A stretch of DNA of 64,000 nt from an uncultured Clostridia bacterium (GTDB lineage: Bacteria; Bacillota; Clostridia; Christensenellales; CAG-138), in assembly GCA_934633695.1 (NCBI GenBank), contig CAKTYT010000005.1, forward strand, positions 6,865-70,864, in the 5' to 3' direction. The position numbers were made by a program, and so were the translations under genes. Positions 38,257 to 48,900 of the stretch are shown here, piece by piece. Every line of letters starts with the position of its first letter. Positions within the stretch are counted from its first letter, which is position 1. Under the pieces are notes generated by a model. It was not told the origin of the DNA, made no database searches, and saw nothing but the letters and a program-made list of their open reading frames with translations.

Positions 38257-39609
38257 TTAAAGCCCCAGCAGGGCACTTGCAATGCCGAAATAAATGATGA
38301 GTGAGATTGCATCGACAATTGTTGTTATCATCGGGCTTGCCATAACAGCAGGGTCAAATCCGATTTTTTTCACAATCAGCGGAAGCGTGCAGCCGAAAAA
38401 CTTAGCAATTGTGACGGTTGCCACAAGAGTCAGGCAGACAGTTGCGGCGATGGCAGCGGAAACGGAGTCTATCAGCATCAGTTTAATGAATTCAACTCCC
38501 GCAAGCGTGACCCCGCAGAGAACGGCAACGCGAATCTCCTTCCAAATTATACCGAGTATGTCCGAAAACTGCACTTCGCCGAGGGAAATGCTTCGGATAA
38601 TCGTCACCGAGGCTTGACTGCCGGAGTTGCCGCCCGTGTCCATGAGCATGGGAATGAATGAAGTCAATATTATCTGTGCTGCAAGAGCGGTTTCAAAGCT
38701 TCCGATTATCATTTGGGTAAATACTGCCGAGATCATGAGCAGAAGCAGCCACGGAATCCTGTTTTTGTAAAGCTCAAAAACTCCGAGCTTGAGGTAGGGC
38801 TTGTCGGATGGGGTCAAAGCTGCCATCTTCTCCATATCCTCGGTTGCCTCTTCACGGATAACATCGATTGCGTCGTCTACCGTGATTATACCGACGAGAC
38901 GATTTTCTCCATCGACGACCGGAAGAGCCGTAAGGTCATATTTTGCAAACATTTCCGCCGCCTGTTCAACATCGTCAAGCGTGCCTGCACTTATAACATT
39001 CTCGTCCATGAGGGAGCTGACGCGGTCGTTAGGCTTTGCAAGCACGAGTGTCCTCAACGAAATTGATCCCAAGAGCTTTCGCTTTTCAACGACATAGCAA
39101 ATATCAATGGTTTCCTTGTCAATGCCCGTGAGGCGAATGTTGTCGAGAGCTTCTGCTGCTGTCATGTTCGGTGACAGGTCTGCATAATCCGTGGTCATTA
39201 TGCTCCCGGCACTGTCCTCGGGGTATTTGAGAAGCTCATTAATGTGCTTTCGCATTTCGGGACTTGCCTGGGCAAGAATACGCTTCACGACGTTTGCCGG
39301 CATCTCTTCAACGAGGTCAGCCGCATCGTCCGTGTACATTTCATTGACGATTTCGGACAATTCTGCATCCGAAAAAGCATTGATAAGTTCTTCCTGAGAC
39401 TCGGAACTCATTTCGACGAAAACATCAGCTGCCAACTCCTTTGGAAGCAGGCGAAATAGAAGTGAAAGCTTTGCGGCGGGCTGATCCTCAAAAATCACTG
39501 CGATATCGGCCGCATTGATAGTTGACAGCACATCTCTTACACTGTTGTAACGCTTGTTTTCAAGCAGGGTCTCCACTGTACCGGACAAATCTGTTGAAAA
39601 TACTGCCAT
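38257..39609 (-). CDS. mgtE: Magnesium transporter MgtE
   Basis: The 450-aa ORF has an N-domain, tandem CBS domains and a TM domain with DTGGNSGSQ. Confidence 0.9.
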   Translation of the reverse strand: MAVFSTDLSGTVETLLENKRYNSVRDVLSTINAADIAVIFEDQPAAKLSLLFRLLPKELAADVFVEMSSESQEELINAFSDAELSEIVNEMYTDDAADLVEEMPANVVKRILAQASPEMRKHINELLKYPEDSAGSIMTTDYADLSPNMTAAEALDNIRLTGIDKETIDICYVVEKRKLLGSISLRTLVLAKPNDRVSSLMDENVISAGTLDDVEQAAEMFAKYDLTALPVVDGENRLVGIITVDDAIDVIREEATEDMEKMAALTPSDKPYLKLGVFELYKNRIPWLLLLMISAVFTQMIIGSFETALAAQIILTSFIPMLMDTGGNSGSQASVTIIRSISLGEVQFSDILGIIWKEIRVAVLCGVTLAGVEFIKLMLIDSVSAAIAATVCLTLVATVTIAKFFGCTLPLIVKKIGFDPAVMASPMITTIVDAISLIIYFGIASALLGL

Positions 39610-39905
39610 GATTAATTTTAAAATATGGTTGCCGCAGATTTACTGCGGTGCGATTTCGATGGTTTTGAAATACGCAATTGAATGCCGTTCTGTGTTGAAT
39701 GCGAATTGATGCAAAAAGGCAACTTTAAAGGAGGAAAGCAACATGCACGCCGATACAGGAGTGAGGTTTGACCTTCTTAAAAGCCATTATTGCTTTGTCA
39801 ATACGTTTGTGATGCTGCAACCCAACACCCGAACTACTGTCCACGTCCATATTTTGCTCCTTTCTGTTATTCTCCCAATGTGGATGAACATCCATCCTCA
39901 ATTAT

Positions 39906-39934
39906 ATTTTACCTGCGGTTCGCTCGTTTGTCAA
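39906..39934 (-). promoter_or_regulatory. Near-consensus sigma-A promoter driving the mgtE leader
   Basis: On the minus strand: TTGACA, 17 nt, TAAAAT. This predicts a ~290-nt 5' leader. Confidence 0.6.
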
Positions 39935-40047
39935 CAAATAACGGATAAAAAACAGCAAAACTCTCCACAGATGCTTTTGACATATACACCTGGCCAAGAA
40001 CGAATATGGCATTTAAGTGACAAAACGAGGAAAGATTTGTGTCATTC

Positions 40048-40076
40048 GTGACAGAACAATAAAAAGGTGCTATATT
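40048..40076 (+). promoter_or_regulatory. Sigma-A-type promoter of clpB
   Basis: GTGACA, 17 nt, TATATT, immediately upstream of the CIRCE element. Confidence 0.6.
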
Positions 40077-40077
40077 A

Positions 40078-40104
40078 TTAGCACTCAAAGGCGATAAGTG
40101 CTAA
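40078..40104. promoter_or_regulatory. CIRCE operator (HrcA binding site)
   Basis: TTAGCACTC-N9-AAGTGCTAA compared with the consensus TTAGCACTC-N9-GAGTGCTAA (one mismatch). Confidence 0.85.
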
Positions 40105-40177
40105 CAAAGTACAATGATAAACAGAGAGCCGATGAGCAACAATAAGAAGAAATCCGGAAAAAGGAGAAGGTTTATAT

Positions 40178-42781
40178 ATGAATGCTGAAACTTTGACACA
40201 GAAGAGCATTGAAGCTCTCAATGCGGCACAACATCTTGCAGAGGAGAAAAGGCACACGCAGGCAAGTCAGCTACACCTTGCATACGCATTGCTTAACAAC
40301 TCAGAAAACCTTAATAGCCAGCTCTTCTCTTCCATGGGCATAGACACAGCCGGCGTCAGAAATGCGATTGATGCAGAGTTGAATAAGCAGGCTACCTATG
40401 CAGGCGGCGGGCAGGTGTACATTACGCCCGAACTTGATTCTGCCCTTAAAGAAGCGGAACAGCAGGCAAAAAAAATGGGCGACAGCTATGTTTCGGTTGA
40501 GCATCTCATGCTTGGCATGATTGAGAAAGCAGACTCGGTCATGAAATCCATTTTCAACCGTTTCGGTGTCACAAAGAATAAATATCTTGAAGCCCTTAAG
40601 AAGGTGCGGGGCAACAGTCGTGTTACCGGCGACAATCCTGAAGGCACGTACGATGTACTGAATAAATACGGTCAGGATCTGACGGATCTTGCACGCAGGC
40701 AAAAGCTGGACCCAGTGATTGGCCGTGACAACGAAATACGAAGCGTTATCCGTATTCTTTCGAGGAAGACGAAGAACAATCCTTGCCTTATCGGTGAACC
40801 CGGCGTCGGTAAAACGGCAATTGCTGAAGGGCTTGCACTCCGTATCGTTCGCGGCGATGTTCCCGATAACTTGAAGGATCGCAGGATCTTTTCACTTGAC
40901 ATGGGTTCACTCGTTGCAGGTGCAAAGTACCGCGGTGAGTTTGAGGAGAGGCTTAAAGCCGTTCTGAATGAAATAAAGCAGAGCGAGGGTCAGATCATTC
41001 TGTTCATCGATGAATTGCACACGATTGTCGGTGCAGGCAAAACCGACGGTGCGATGGATGCAGGCAATATCTTAAAGCCCATGCTTGCAAGGGGCGAGCT
41101 GCACTGTATCGGTGCAACGACACTCGATGAATACCGTAAATACATAGAAAAGGATGCTGCACTTGAAAGGCGTTTTCAGCCTGTCATGGTGCAGGAACCC
41201 TCCGTTGAGGATACGATTTCAATTCTCAGAGGTCTCAAGGAACGCTATGAGGTGTATCACGGAGTGAAGATCAATGACTCGGCTCTTATTGCCGCTGCGA
41301 CGCTGTCCAACCGTTATATTTCTGACCGTTTCCTTCCCGATAAGGCAATTGATCTCGTTGATGAGGCCTGTGCACTGATAAAGACGGAAATGAACTCCAT
41401 GCCCGGTGAAATGGATGAAATTTCCCGGGAAATAATGCGTCACGAGATTGAGGAGGAGGCTCTTAAGGAGGATACCGACCCTCATACCGTCGAACACCTT
41501 GCAAAGGTTCGTGAGGAGCTTGCACAGCTCCGCGAGAAGTTCAACGAGATGAAGGCAAAGTGGGAGAATGAACGCAATGCGATCGGCAGAGTACAGCAGC
41601 TCCGCGAACGCATTGAACAGGTGAATGCAGATATCACCCGTGCGGAAAACGATTATGACCTCAACACGGCCGCACGACTCAAATACGGAGAACTGCCCAA
41701 CCTCCAGAAGGAACTTGCAAAAGAGGAAGAGCTTGCCTCGCACAGGGAAAACAGTCTGCTGCGCGACCACGTTTCTTCCGAGGAAATTGCAAAGATCGTT
41801 GCACGATGGACGGGTATCCCGGTTTCAAAGCTGCTTGAAAGCGAGAGGAAGAAACTCCTGCACCTTGATACACAGCTCCATCAGCGTATCGTCGGACAAG
41901 ATGACGCGGTACACCGCGTATGCGATGCAATACTACGGTCGCGTGCCGGAATACAGAACCCCAACAGACCCATAGGTTCCTTCCTGTTCCTGGGTCCCAC
42001 AGGCGTGGGCAAGACCGAACTTTGCAAGGCACTTGCCGAGGCTCTGTTTGATGACGAGAGGAATATGGTGCGTATCGATATGAGCGAATACATGGAGCAA
42101 TATTCTGTCTCCCGTCTCATTGGTGCCCCTCCGGGATATGTCGGCTATGACGAGGGCGGTCAGCTCACCGAGGCCGTTCGCAGAAGACCTTATGCAGTGC
42201 TTCTCTTTGATGAAATCGAAAAGGCTCATCCCGATGTTTTAAACGTTCTGCTTCAGGTACTTGATGACGGCAGGATAACTGATGGTCAAGGCAGGACAGT
42301 GGATTTTAAAAACACCATTATCATCCTTACCAGTAATATCGGCAGCGAACTGATCCTCCGCGATATGGAGAGGACGGGAAACAGAATTTCGGAGGAAGCT
42401 CAGCAGCAGCTTCATCAGCTTCTCAAGACGAAGTTCCGTCCGGAGTTCATCAACCGTCTTGATGAGATCGTCTTCTTCAATGCATTGAGCGGTAAGGACA
42501 TGAAGGGTATTGTCGAACTCCTTCTCAAGGATCTCGGCAGGCGTATGAGTTCGAACCGTCTGGACCTTGAGGTGAGCGAGTCCGCAAAGGATGCGATAAT
42601 CGATAACGGTACTGATCCTCTGTTCGGTGCAAGACCTCTTAAGCGTTACATACAAAGCCATATCGAGTCGCTCATCGCAAGGTTCATCATCGAAAACTCT
42701 CCTGCGGAGGAATCGACGATTTGCGTTGACTATAAGGATGGCAAGTTCGTGGTTTCGTGTCGTGAAACGGCTGAGGAATAA
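40178..42781 (+). CDS. clpB: ATP-dependent disaggregase ClpB
   Basis: The 867-aa ORF has two AAA+ modules (GEPGVGKTA and GPTGVGKTE) and a long middle coiled-coil domain. Confidence 0.92.
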   Translation: MNAETLTQKSIEALNAAQHLAEEKRHTQASQLHLAYALLNNSENLNSQLFSSMGIDTAGVRNAIDAELNKQATYAGGGQVYITPELDSALKEAEQQAKKMGDSYVSVEHLMLGMIEKADSVMKSIFNRFGVTKNKYLEALKKVRGNSRVTGDNPEGTYDVLNKYGQDLTDLARRQKLDPVIGRDNEIRSVIRILSRKTKNNPCLIGEPGVGKTAIAEGLALRIVRGDVPDNLKDRRIFSLDMGSLVAGAKYRGEFEERLKAVLNEIKQSEGQIILFIDELHTIVGAGKTDGAMDAGNILKPMLARGELHCIGATTLDEYRKYIEKDAALERRFQPVMVQEPSVEDTISILRGLKERYEVYHGVKINDSALIAAATLSNRYISDRFLPDKAIDLVDEACALIKTEMNSMPGEMDEISREIMRHEIEEEALKEDTDPHTVEHLAKVREELAQLREKFNEMKAKWENERNAIGRVQQLRERIEQVNADITRAENDYDLNTAARLKYGELPNLQKELAKEEELASHRENSLLRDHVSSEEIAKIVARWTGIPVSKLLESERKKLLHLDTQLHQRIVGQDDAVHRVCDAILRSRAGIQNPNRPIGSFLFLGPTGVGKTELCKALAEALFDDERNMVRIDMSEYMEQYSVSRLIGAPPGYVGYDEGGQLTEAVRRRPYAVLLFDEIEKAHPDVLNVLLQVLDDGRITDGQGRTVDFKNTIIILTSNIGSELILRDMERTGNRISEEAQQQLHQLLKTKFRPEFINRLDEIVFFNALSGKDMKGIVELLLKDLGRRMSSNRLDLEVSESAKDAIIDNGTDPLFGARPLKRYIQSHIESLIARFIIENSPAEESTICVDYKDGKFVVSCRETAEE

Positions 42782-42822
42782 AACAGTTGACGACATGTTC
42801 CGAAAAACGGCATAAGAAAATG

Positions 42823-42868
42823 AAAACAGCCCATGTGTGTAGCTGAACTGCACATGGGCTGTTTTTTC
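42823..42868. terminator. Bidirectional terminator between clpB and the M15 peptidase gene
   Basis: ACAGCCCATGTG-loop-CACATGGGCTGT followed by T5, with an A-rich tract upstream. Confidence 0.8.
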
Positions 42869-42881
42869 TCCGAAGATCTTC

Positions 42882-43916
42882 TCAAAACTTTGCAGTGATT
42901 ATGAATCCGCCGTCATTATTGCCGGAAATTTCATACGAAGTGATGCCGAGAGGAAGAATTATATCCGTAAATTCATCAGCAGAAGCTGTAATGTAAAAAA
43001 TGATGCTGCCGTGCAAAAGCTCTTCGCCAGCTTGCAGTGAGAATGAACGGGATTCCGCATTGTAAAAAGCAACGTCAATATTACCGTCGTCCGAAACGAA
43101 CAGCATGCCGGATTCAACGGAGTATTGCTTTATATGCTCAATGTATTCTTCGTAGGTAAAACCGAGTGTATGGACTGCAATGGCATTTTCTCTTCCAATA
43201 TAGCGAAAATGCCACGGTTCGTACGCAACATGGGTGATTTCTTGGGTGCCGACGGGATACCTGAGAATGAATCCGTAGTCGCAGCAGTGCTCGTTTATCC
43301 AAACGGTTTCGGGATGTGCCATAATAGTAACTCTTTCGCCGGAAGCATTGACAGAAGATAAATCGACAGCATAGCCTGTGTGATGCTCGCTGAAGCCGGG
43401 ATTTGCAACATAAATTGCAGCCATATCCGCACCATGCTCATCTGCGTAACTGCTGTATAGATTTGTCTGATATTCAACAGTTCTGTATGCACCGGTGACG
43501 TAAAACCTGTCCCCGTTAGTATGTGCAGTGAAGGCGGCGGCGAACTCCCTGAGTGCGGCAGCTGTAATTTCGCACAAAGAGGCGGTGTTCGATTCACAAA
43601 GGTAAATTCCCTCGTTGACATCGGGAAGAAGCATGGTCTGTGTGTCACTCGTGTAAAGGTACTCATGTTCCCAGTTGACGAGAACGAGTGTGCCGGCAGA
43701 GGCCGCATCGGATTTTACTGAGACGTGGGAATATGGTTCGGGAGTCGGAGTGGGTTCGGATGTAAACACTGGAGTAAGTTCCGGAATTGCCGTTGCCGTC
43801 AAAACGGGAGCCTCGGGTCCATCAGTTTCTCTGCTCCCATTGCAGGCAAGGAGGATGAATGCCGATAAAACCAGAACAGCAGTTAAATAGATTGCCGAAA
43901 AATTTTTTGATTTCAT
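42882..43916 (-). CDS. M15B (VanY-type) D-alanyl-D-alanine carboxypeptidase lipoprotein
   Basis: Translation from MKSKNFSAIYLTAVLVLSAFILLAC (lipobox). It has a P/T-rich linker and the zinc motifs SEHHTGYAVD and PWHFRY. Confidence 0.8.
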   Translation of the reverse strand: MKSKNFSAIYLTAVLVLSAFILLACNGSRETDGPEAPVLTATAIPELTPVFTSEPTPTPEPYSHVSVKSDAASAGTLVLVNWEHEYLYTSDTQTMLLPDVNEGIYLCESNTASLCEITAAALREFAAAFTAHTNGDRFYVTGAYRTVEYQTNLYSSYADEHGADMAAIYVANPGFSEHHTGYAVDLSSVNASGERVTIMAHPETVWINEHCCDYGFILRYPVGTQEITHVAYEPWHFRYIGRENAIAVHTLGFTYEEYIEHIKQYSVESGMLFVSDDGNIDVAFYNAESRSFSLQAGEELLHGSIIFYITASADEFTDIILPLGITSYEISGNNDGGFIITAKF

Positions 43917-44068
43917 TTTTATCCTTTCTTCGATGCGAAAATTGGGCATAGAATGTTTCCCGATTATGATACACACAAAACGGACTTTTGGCAAGTCCCG
44001 AAAATGCAGTTTATTTAAAAATCACTTAAGACTGTCTCCACAGGGTGTATATGCAAAAACGTCAGGCA

Positions 44069-44135
44069 TTCGAGTGAAATCGTGTTTTTTTATGTCATGG
44101 GTTCGACACTGCGAGCTTTAGCTCTGTGGTATCAT
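44069..44135 (+). promoter_or_regulatory. Candidate spoIIG promoter with Spo0A boxes
   Basis: A perfect reverse 0A box TTCGACA (44102-44108) overlaps a -35-like TTCGAC. TATCAT (44130-44135) follows after a 22-nt spacer. A second box, TTCGAGT, lies at 44069-44075. Confidence 0.5.
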
Positions 44136-44194
44136 TTAGTCAATCGAGGACGGGTTATTGTCCGGCCCGAACTCGGAGCGAGGAGGCTGTTTCC

Positions 44195-44926
44195 ATGTAT
44201 GTTGAGCTTTTTTTGCTTGATAACCTCCTGATGAACCTCTTGATTCTGCGGCTTGCGGCGGCAATGCTGTCGGTCAGACCGAAACGGTGGTTGTCGTTGG
44301 CCGTTTCTCTCGCCGGTGCATGTTATGCCGCCGTGGGTGCAGGAGCTTTCCCGGTGCTGCTCTACCCGCCTCTTAAATTGGTGAGCGGACTTGCAATGGC
44401 GGCTTCGCTGCCGCATAGGGGCATGAAGGGATATCTTCGTTCGACAGCAGCATTGTTTTTGTCAACTTTTATTGCAGGCGGAGCGGTTTTTGCCGCAGCG
44501 GCGGCCTCAAGCCGCAGTGTATCGGACGGCATAAGCCTGCTCACAGCCGGATGCGGGCTGACAGTAACGGCACTTGTCCCCCGTTCTGTTCGTAAAATTC
44601 TTGCAAGACGCATAAGAGCGGAGTCAATTGTAAGGCTTAGAGTCGAGGTTGAAAAAAAGGTCATAGAGTGTGCGGCAATTGCCGATACGGGGTGCACACT
44701 CCTTGAACCGATCAGCGGTCTGCCGGTCATTCTCCTGAGCAAGAGCAGGTTCAAAGATCTTTCGGACGGTGCGAGCATTCCGGTTCCGATGATGACCGCA
44801 AACGGGCTGAGTGTGATTTTCGCAGTCAAACCCATGAATGTGTCGGTGAACGGTATGCCTTCGGAAGCCCTGGTCGGTTTTTCTGTGGCGAGTGAGGCAA
44901 TCGTGCCCGCCCAGTTGGTTACTTAA
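44195..44926 (+). CDS. spoIIGA: Sigma-E processing aspartic protease SpoIIGA
   Basis: Translation from MYVELFLLDNLLMNLLILRL... is a multi-TM N-terminus, followed by the DTG motif (AIADTGCTL). An AGGAGG SD is present. Confidence 0.85.
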   Translation: MYVELFLLDNLLMNLLILRLAAAMLSVRPKRWLSLAVSLAGACYAAVGAGAFPVLLYPPLKLVSGLAMAASLPHRGMKGYLRSTAALFLSTFIAGGAVFAAAAASSRSVSDGISLLTAGCGLTVTALVPRSVRKILARRIRAESIVRLRVEVEKKVIECAAIADTGCTLLEPISGLPVILLSKSRFKDLSDGASIPVPMMTANGLSVIFAVKPMNVSVNGMPSEALVGFSVASEAIVPAQLVT

Positions 44927-44947
44927 CGAAACCAAATATGATCGATA

Positions 44948-45685
44948 ATGAAAGGAAGGGTGGAAATGCTTGAATTTATCTTGAAACTGATTCGCAAAGT
45001 CTTCGGCAGGTTTCTGCTGAAAGATACAACAGAAAGCGACAATTTTTACATAAGTAGTGGTGAATCCCTGCCCCCTCCCCTTCCGAAAGAGGAGGAAAAA
45101 CAGCTTACCGACAGGCTTATAAATAGCGACCCCGAGGCGAGAAACCAGCTCATTGAACACAACCTTCGGCTTGTTGTCTACCTCGCAAAAAAATTTGAAA
45201 ATACGGGTGTCGGAATGGACGACCTTATTTCGATAGGAACGATAGGGCTTATAAAAGCTGTCAATACCTTTAAACCCGATAAGAATATTAAGCTCGCTAC
45301 TTACGCAAGCAGATGCATAGAAAACGAGATACTGATGTACCTGAGAAAGACCAGCAGACTGAAGCTCGAAGTCAGTCTCGATGAACCGCTCAATATCGAC
45401 TGTGACGGAAATGAACTCCTGCTTTCGGATGTTCTCGGGACGGACGGTGATATAGTCAGCAGAGATATGGAGGATGAGGTTGAAAAAGAACTTCTCCACA
45501 TGGCACTCAACAGGCTCAGCGAACGTGAAAAGAGAATAATCGAGCTGCGTTTCGGACTTAACGGCAAAAAGGAGTGCACTCAAAAGCAGGTTGCGGATAT
45601 GATGGGAATTTCTCAAAGCTATATCTCACGCCTTGAGAAGAGGATTCTGCATTCTCTGTACGAGCAGCTCATGTCAATGCAATGA
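44948..45685 (+). CDS. sigE: Sporulation sigma factor E (pro-sigma-E)
   Basis: A pro-sequence is followed by GESLPPPL...[17 protein letters not shown]...[10 protein letters not shown]...[18 protein letters not shown]. An alternative start is the ATG at 44966. Confidence 0.9.
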   Translation: MKGRVEMLEFILKLIRKVFGRFLLKDTTESDNFYISSGESLPPPLPKEEEKQLTDRLINSDPEARNQLIEHNLRLVVYLAKKFENTGVGMDDLISIGTIGLIKAVNTFKPDKNIKLATYASRCIENEILMYLRKTSRLKLEVSLDEPLNIDCDGNELLLSDVLGTDGDIVSRDMEDEVEKELLHMALNRLSEREKRIIELRFGLNGKKECTQKQVADMMGISQSYISRLEKRILHSLYEQLMSMQ

Positions 45686-45730
45686 AGGGGATGAATATTA
45701 AAATCTTAGAGATACGGAGGTGAATAAATC

Positions 45731-45767
45731 GAGCTGCCGCAACAGAGCGTGACCGTTGCGGCAGCTC
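45731..45767. terminator. Strong hairpin between convergent sigE and addA
   Basis: A 13-bp stem GAGCTGCCGCAAC / GTTGCGGCAGCTC. The U-tract is weak. Confidence 0.5.
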
Positions 45768-45967
45768 AGCTTGGTTTACAAAGGGAAAACAGGTTATCTC
45801 TCCGCCGTCGGGCTCATTCCGCAAGAAAACAATACAAAACGAGAAAGAAGTCAAGGGGACAAGAGAATTTACCCTTATTGTTATGCTCAAACTAAGGGAA
45901 AACATGTCAATGAGCAAAACTAAAAGTAAAGTTCAAGGCGTGGGCTGCAAATTTATCACGTCAAATA

Positions 45968-48900
45968 TTAAATCAATACAGCATTCCCCGTTCCGAGCAG
46001 GTAGATCCACTTTTCCTTTACCCGTTTACCGGTCAGTTTTTCGAGTGCATTTTTGTAAGTTTCAATTTGCACAGAGTAGGCAGATGCCACTTCTTCGGGT
46101 GATTTACTTCCGACATGGGTTGTTTTGTAGTCAATAATGACCCACTCATCACCTTCAAGGAAGCAACAGTCGATAATACCCTGGATAAGTGAAAAATTTT
46201 CATCAGCAAGAGTGAATTCAAGCTCTCTCTCAATCTTGGACGAAAGGAGAAGTCTCTTGTAGAGGTCGGAGTTTAAATACTTCAGCAGGATATTGAGGTT
46301 GACCGCCGTGGCTTCCTCGTGAGAGAGGACACCGGTTTGCTCAAATTTAAGAATGTGATTGCGAACCGATTCAGGGGTATGCTCGCAGGTTGGCAGCAGC
46401 ATGAGAATTCGGTGGGCGGCAGTGCCGATTTCGGCTCCGGTGAGCTTGTGGGATCCTTTCATGAAGGTCGGAACGGCAGGAATGTACTCGAAAGGTCGAT
46501 CAAGCAGCTCTGTAACGCTTCGTTTGCCGGGCAGAAGAGTTTCTTTTTCGTACGGATAGACAAAATTGAGAGCATGCTTTACTTCATCATAGGGAAGCAG
46601 CTTCGCCTTGGCAGTCCATGCCCTGTACTTTTCGCTCGACATGGCGGTCTTATCTGTAGAGCTTAGACCGAATTTGCCAGCGTGATAATAATTTACAGTC
46701 AAATCGTCTCCTCCTATTGAAACGGAGAGACCCTTTTCCGCAGAATCAAGGTTCAAGCCGAGGGGAAAGAAGGCTCCGAGGATCCAGTGAAGATAGCAAT
46801 TCGATTCAGCGATTTTATGCTCTGAAAGCTGTGAGGCACAGTCAGAAATGAGTTTCTGCATTCTTTTATCGGCTCCGATAAGATAGAGCCTCTCTCTTGC
46901 TCTCGTCATTGCGACATAGAGAATACGCATTTCCTCCGCAACAAGTTTTTCGTCGGATTTCGCAATTATCGCACGTCTCAAAATCGGGCTTTTTTGCTCC
47001 GAGGTCAGATTCTTTGCTCTGAAGCCGATTCCGAGATCGCCATCGAGAACGGCAGGGTCACTGTGATTTCGCTTGTTGAAGCTGCCGCTTATGCCTGAGA
47101 TGAAAACAACAGGAAACTCAAGTCCTTTGCTTTTGTGTATGCTCATTACCCGCACTGCATCAAATGCGGCAGCGGAGGCGGCTCCAATTGGAACATTGTC
47201 ACGCATTCCGTCCATGAAACTGATAAAGGCGTGCAGACCGCGCCTGCCGCTTGATTCAAATGCATGTGCTTTTGTCAGCAGCATGTCAATGTTTGCTTGC
47301 CGTACATTACCTCCGGGGAGCGTGCCTACATAATCACGGTAGAATGTTTCATCGATGAGCTGACCGATAAATTCTTCAATGCCGGTGAGCAGGCTTTGCC
47401 TATGCCAGTCGAAAAGCCTTTTAAGAAAAGCATTGACTTTGTCCCTGAGGAGGGGATATTGACAGGAAGCATCGATGCTCATTGAAAGAAGTCTGTCGAC
47501 GAAGTCTGTTCCATCATAACTGCTTTTGACTTCGACCAGCTCTTCGTTTGTAAATCCACCGATTGGCGAATGCAGCACGCTTACAAGAGGAATGTCCTGC
47601 CGTCTGTTGTCGATTATTCGAAGCAGATTTATAAAAACCTGAACTTCGATTGCTTCAAAATAACCGTCGCCGAGTTCTGCCGCACACGGAATCCCCATTG
47701 CACTCAAGGTGTTGACCCAGCTCAGTGCATGTTCACGCGTTTTTCGCATTAGGATGGCACAATCTGAATAACACAGCGGACGCATACGGTCAAGATTCTT
47801 ATCGTACACTTCGCAGCTGCCGAGCAGCTCACGTATCCTTCTTCCGGCGATAACGGCTTCCGCTTCAGCCCTTGCGTATTCTTCAACGGCATCGGAAGAA
47901 TCCTCGTCATCAGAGTTCCGCTGCTCTGCGGAGAGATCAACAAGGTCGAGCTCGACAAATCCTATCTCCGCTTCCCCGCCTGCACGGAGTGCCGCATTAT
48001 CGGAATAATCGATTTCACCGACACTGCCGAGCATAATTTTTGAAAACAAAGCGTTTGTTGCATTGAGAATGGAGCTTGTACTCCTGAAATTGGCGTTTAA
48101 ATCGATCCTTGTACCGAGGTTTCCGTCATAGCTGCGGTATTTTCCGAGAAAGTTTTCGGGCTCAGCCTGCCTGAACCGGTAAATGCTTTGCTTGACGTCG
48201 CCGACCATAAAAAGATTGTTTCCGCGTGAAACAGTTGAAATAATTGCCTCCTGCACCAGGTTCGTGTCCTGGTATTCATCGATGAAGATATAGCGGAAGG
48301 ACTCTCTGTATTCCTCCGCAATTTCTTCATTTTCAAGCATGCGGAGTGTCAACTGCTCCATGTCATTGAAATCAATGAGCGATGATTCTACTTTTTTTCG
48401 TGAATATGTTTCCATAAAGGAGCGAACGAGTTCAAATAGTTCGTTCATGTGGGGCTGTAAGCTTTGCATGACTTTTTTTTCTTCACTCAGCGGAAGCATA
48501 AAAAGTGCTTTGAGCTTCTCAATCTGTTTCTTAACTCTTTCTCGGTATTCCTTCAGCCCATCGGGGACTTTCTGCCCTTTTGAGGCACGCGGAAGAGTTT
48601 CGAGACTGAAGGTTGACAGTACGGAATGAAACACGCCGTATTCGCTCTGCTTGGAAAGTGCAAACAGTTTTTCAACATCCGCAAATAAGCAGCTTCTGTA
48701 TTTTTTGTCATCATTCAGGGAACTGATTTCATCAATGAGCCTGTTGCCCTCCTCATAGAGGGATTTAAGAACCCTTTTTGCGGAAATAACGAGCAGCCTC
48801 GATGCCATTTCGGCAAAATCGTCAACGGATTCGCCGTATGCACCAATTGCTTCTTTCAGCCACTCGAGAGGATTCGGTCTTGCAATTATAAAATTGCAAA

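Noticed and set aside
39743-40051. A 102-aa plus-strand ORF with an excellent AAAGGAGG SD, inside the mgtE leader region.
   Set aside because: The translation is His/Cys/Thr-rich with no domain character, and it runs into the clpB promoter -35 hexamer. Its SD is the complement of a CCUCCUUU tract that is more plausibly part of the minus-strand mgtE leader structure. I keep it only as a remote possibility.
44624-45616. A 330-aa minus-strand ORF antisense to spoIIGA/sigE. Similar cases are 50937-51611 in feoB, 22091-22705 in tilS and 61569-62156 in polA.
   Set aside because: These are antisense shadows of strongly supported genes, with no independent start signals and no recognisable motifs.
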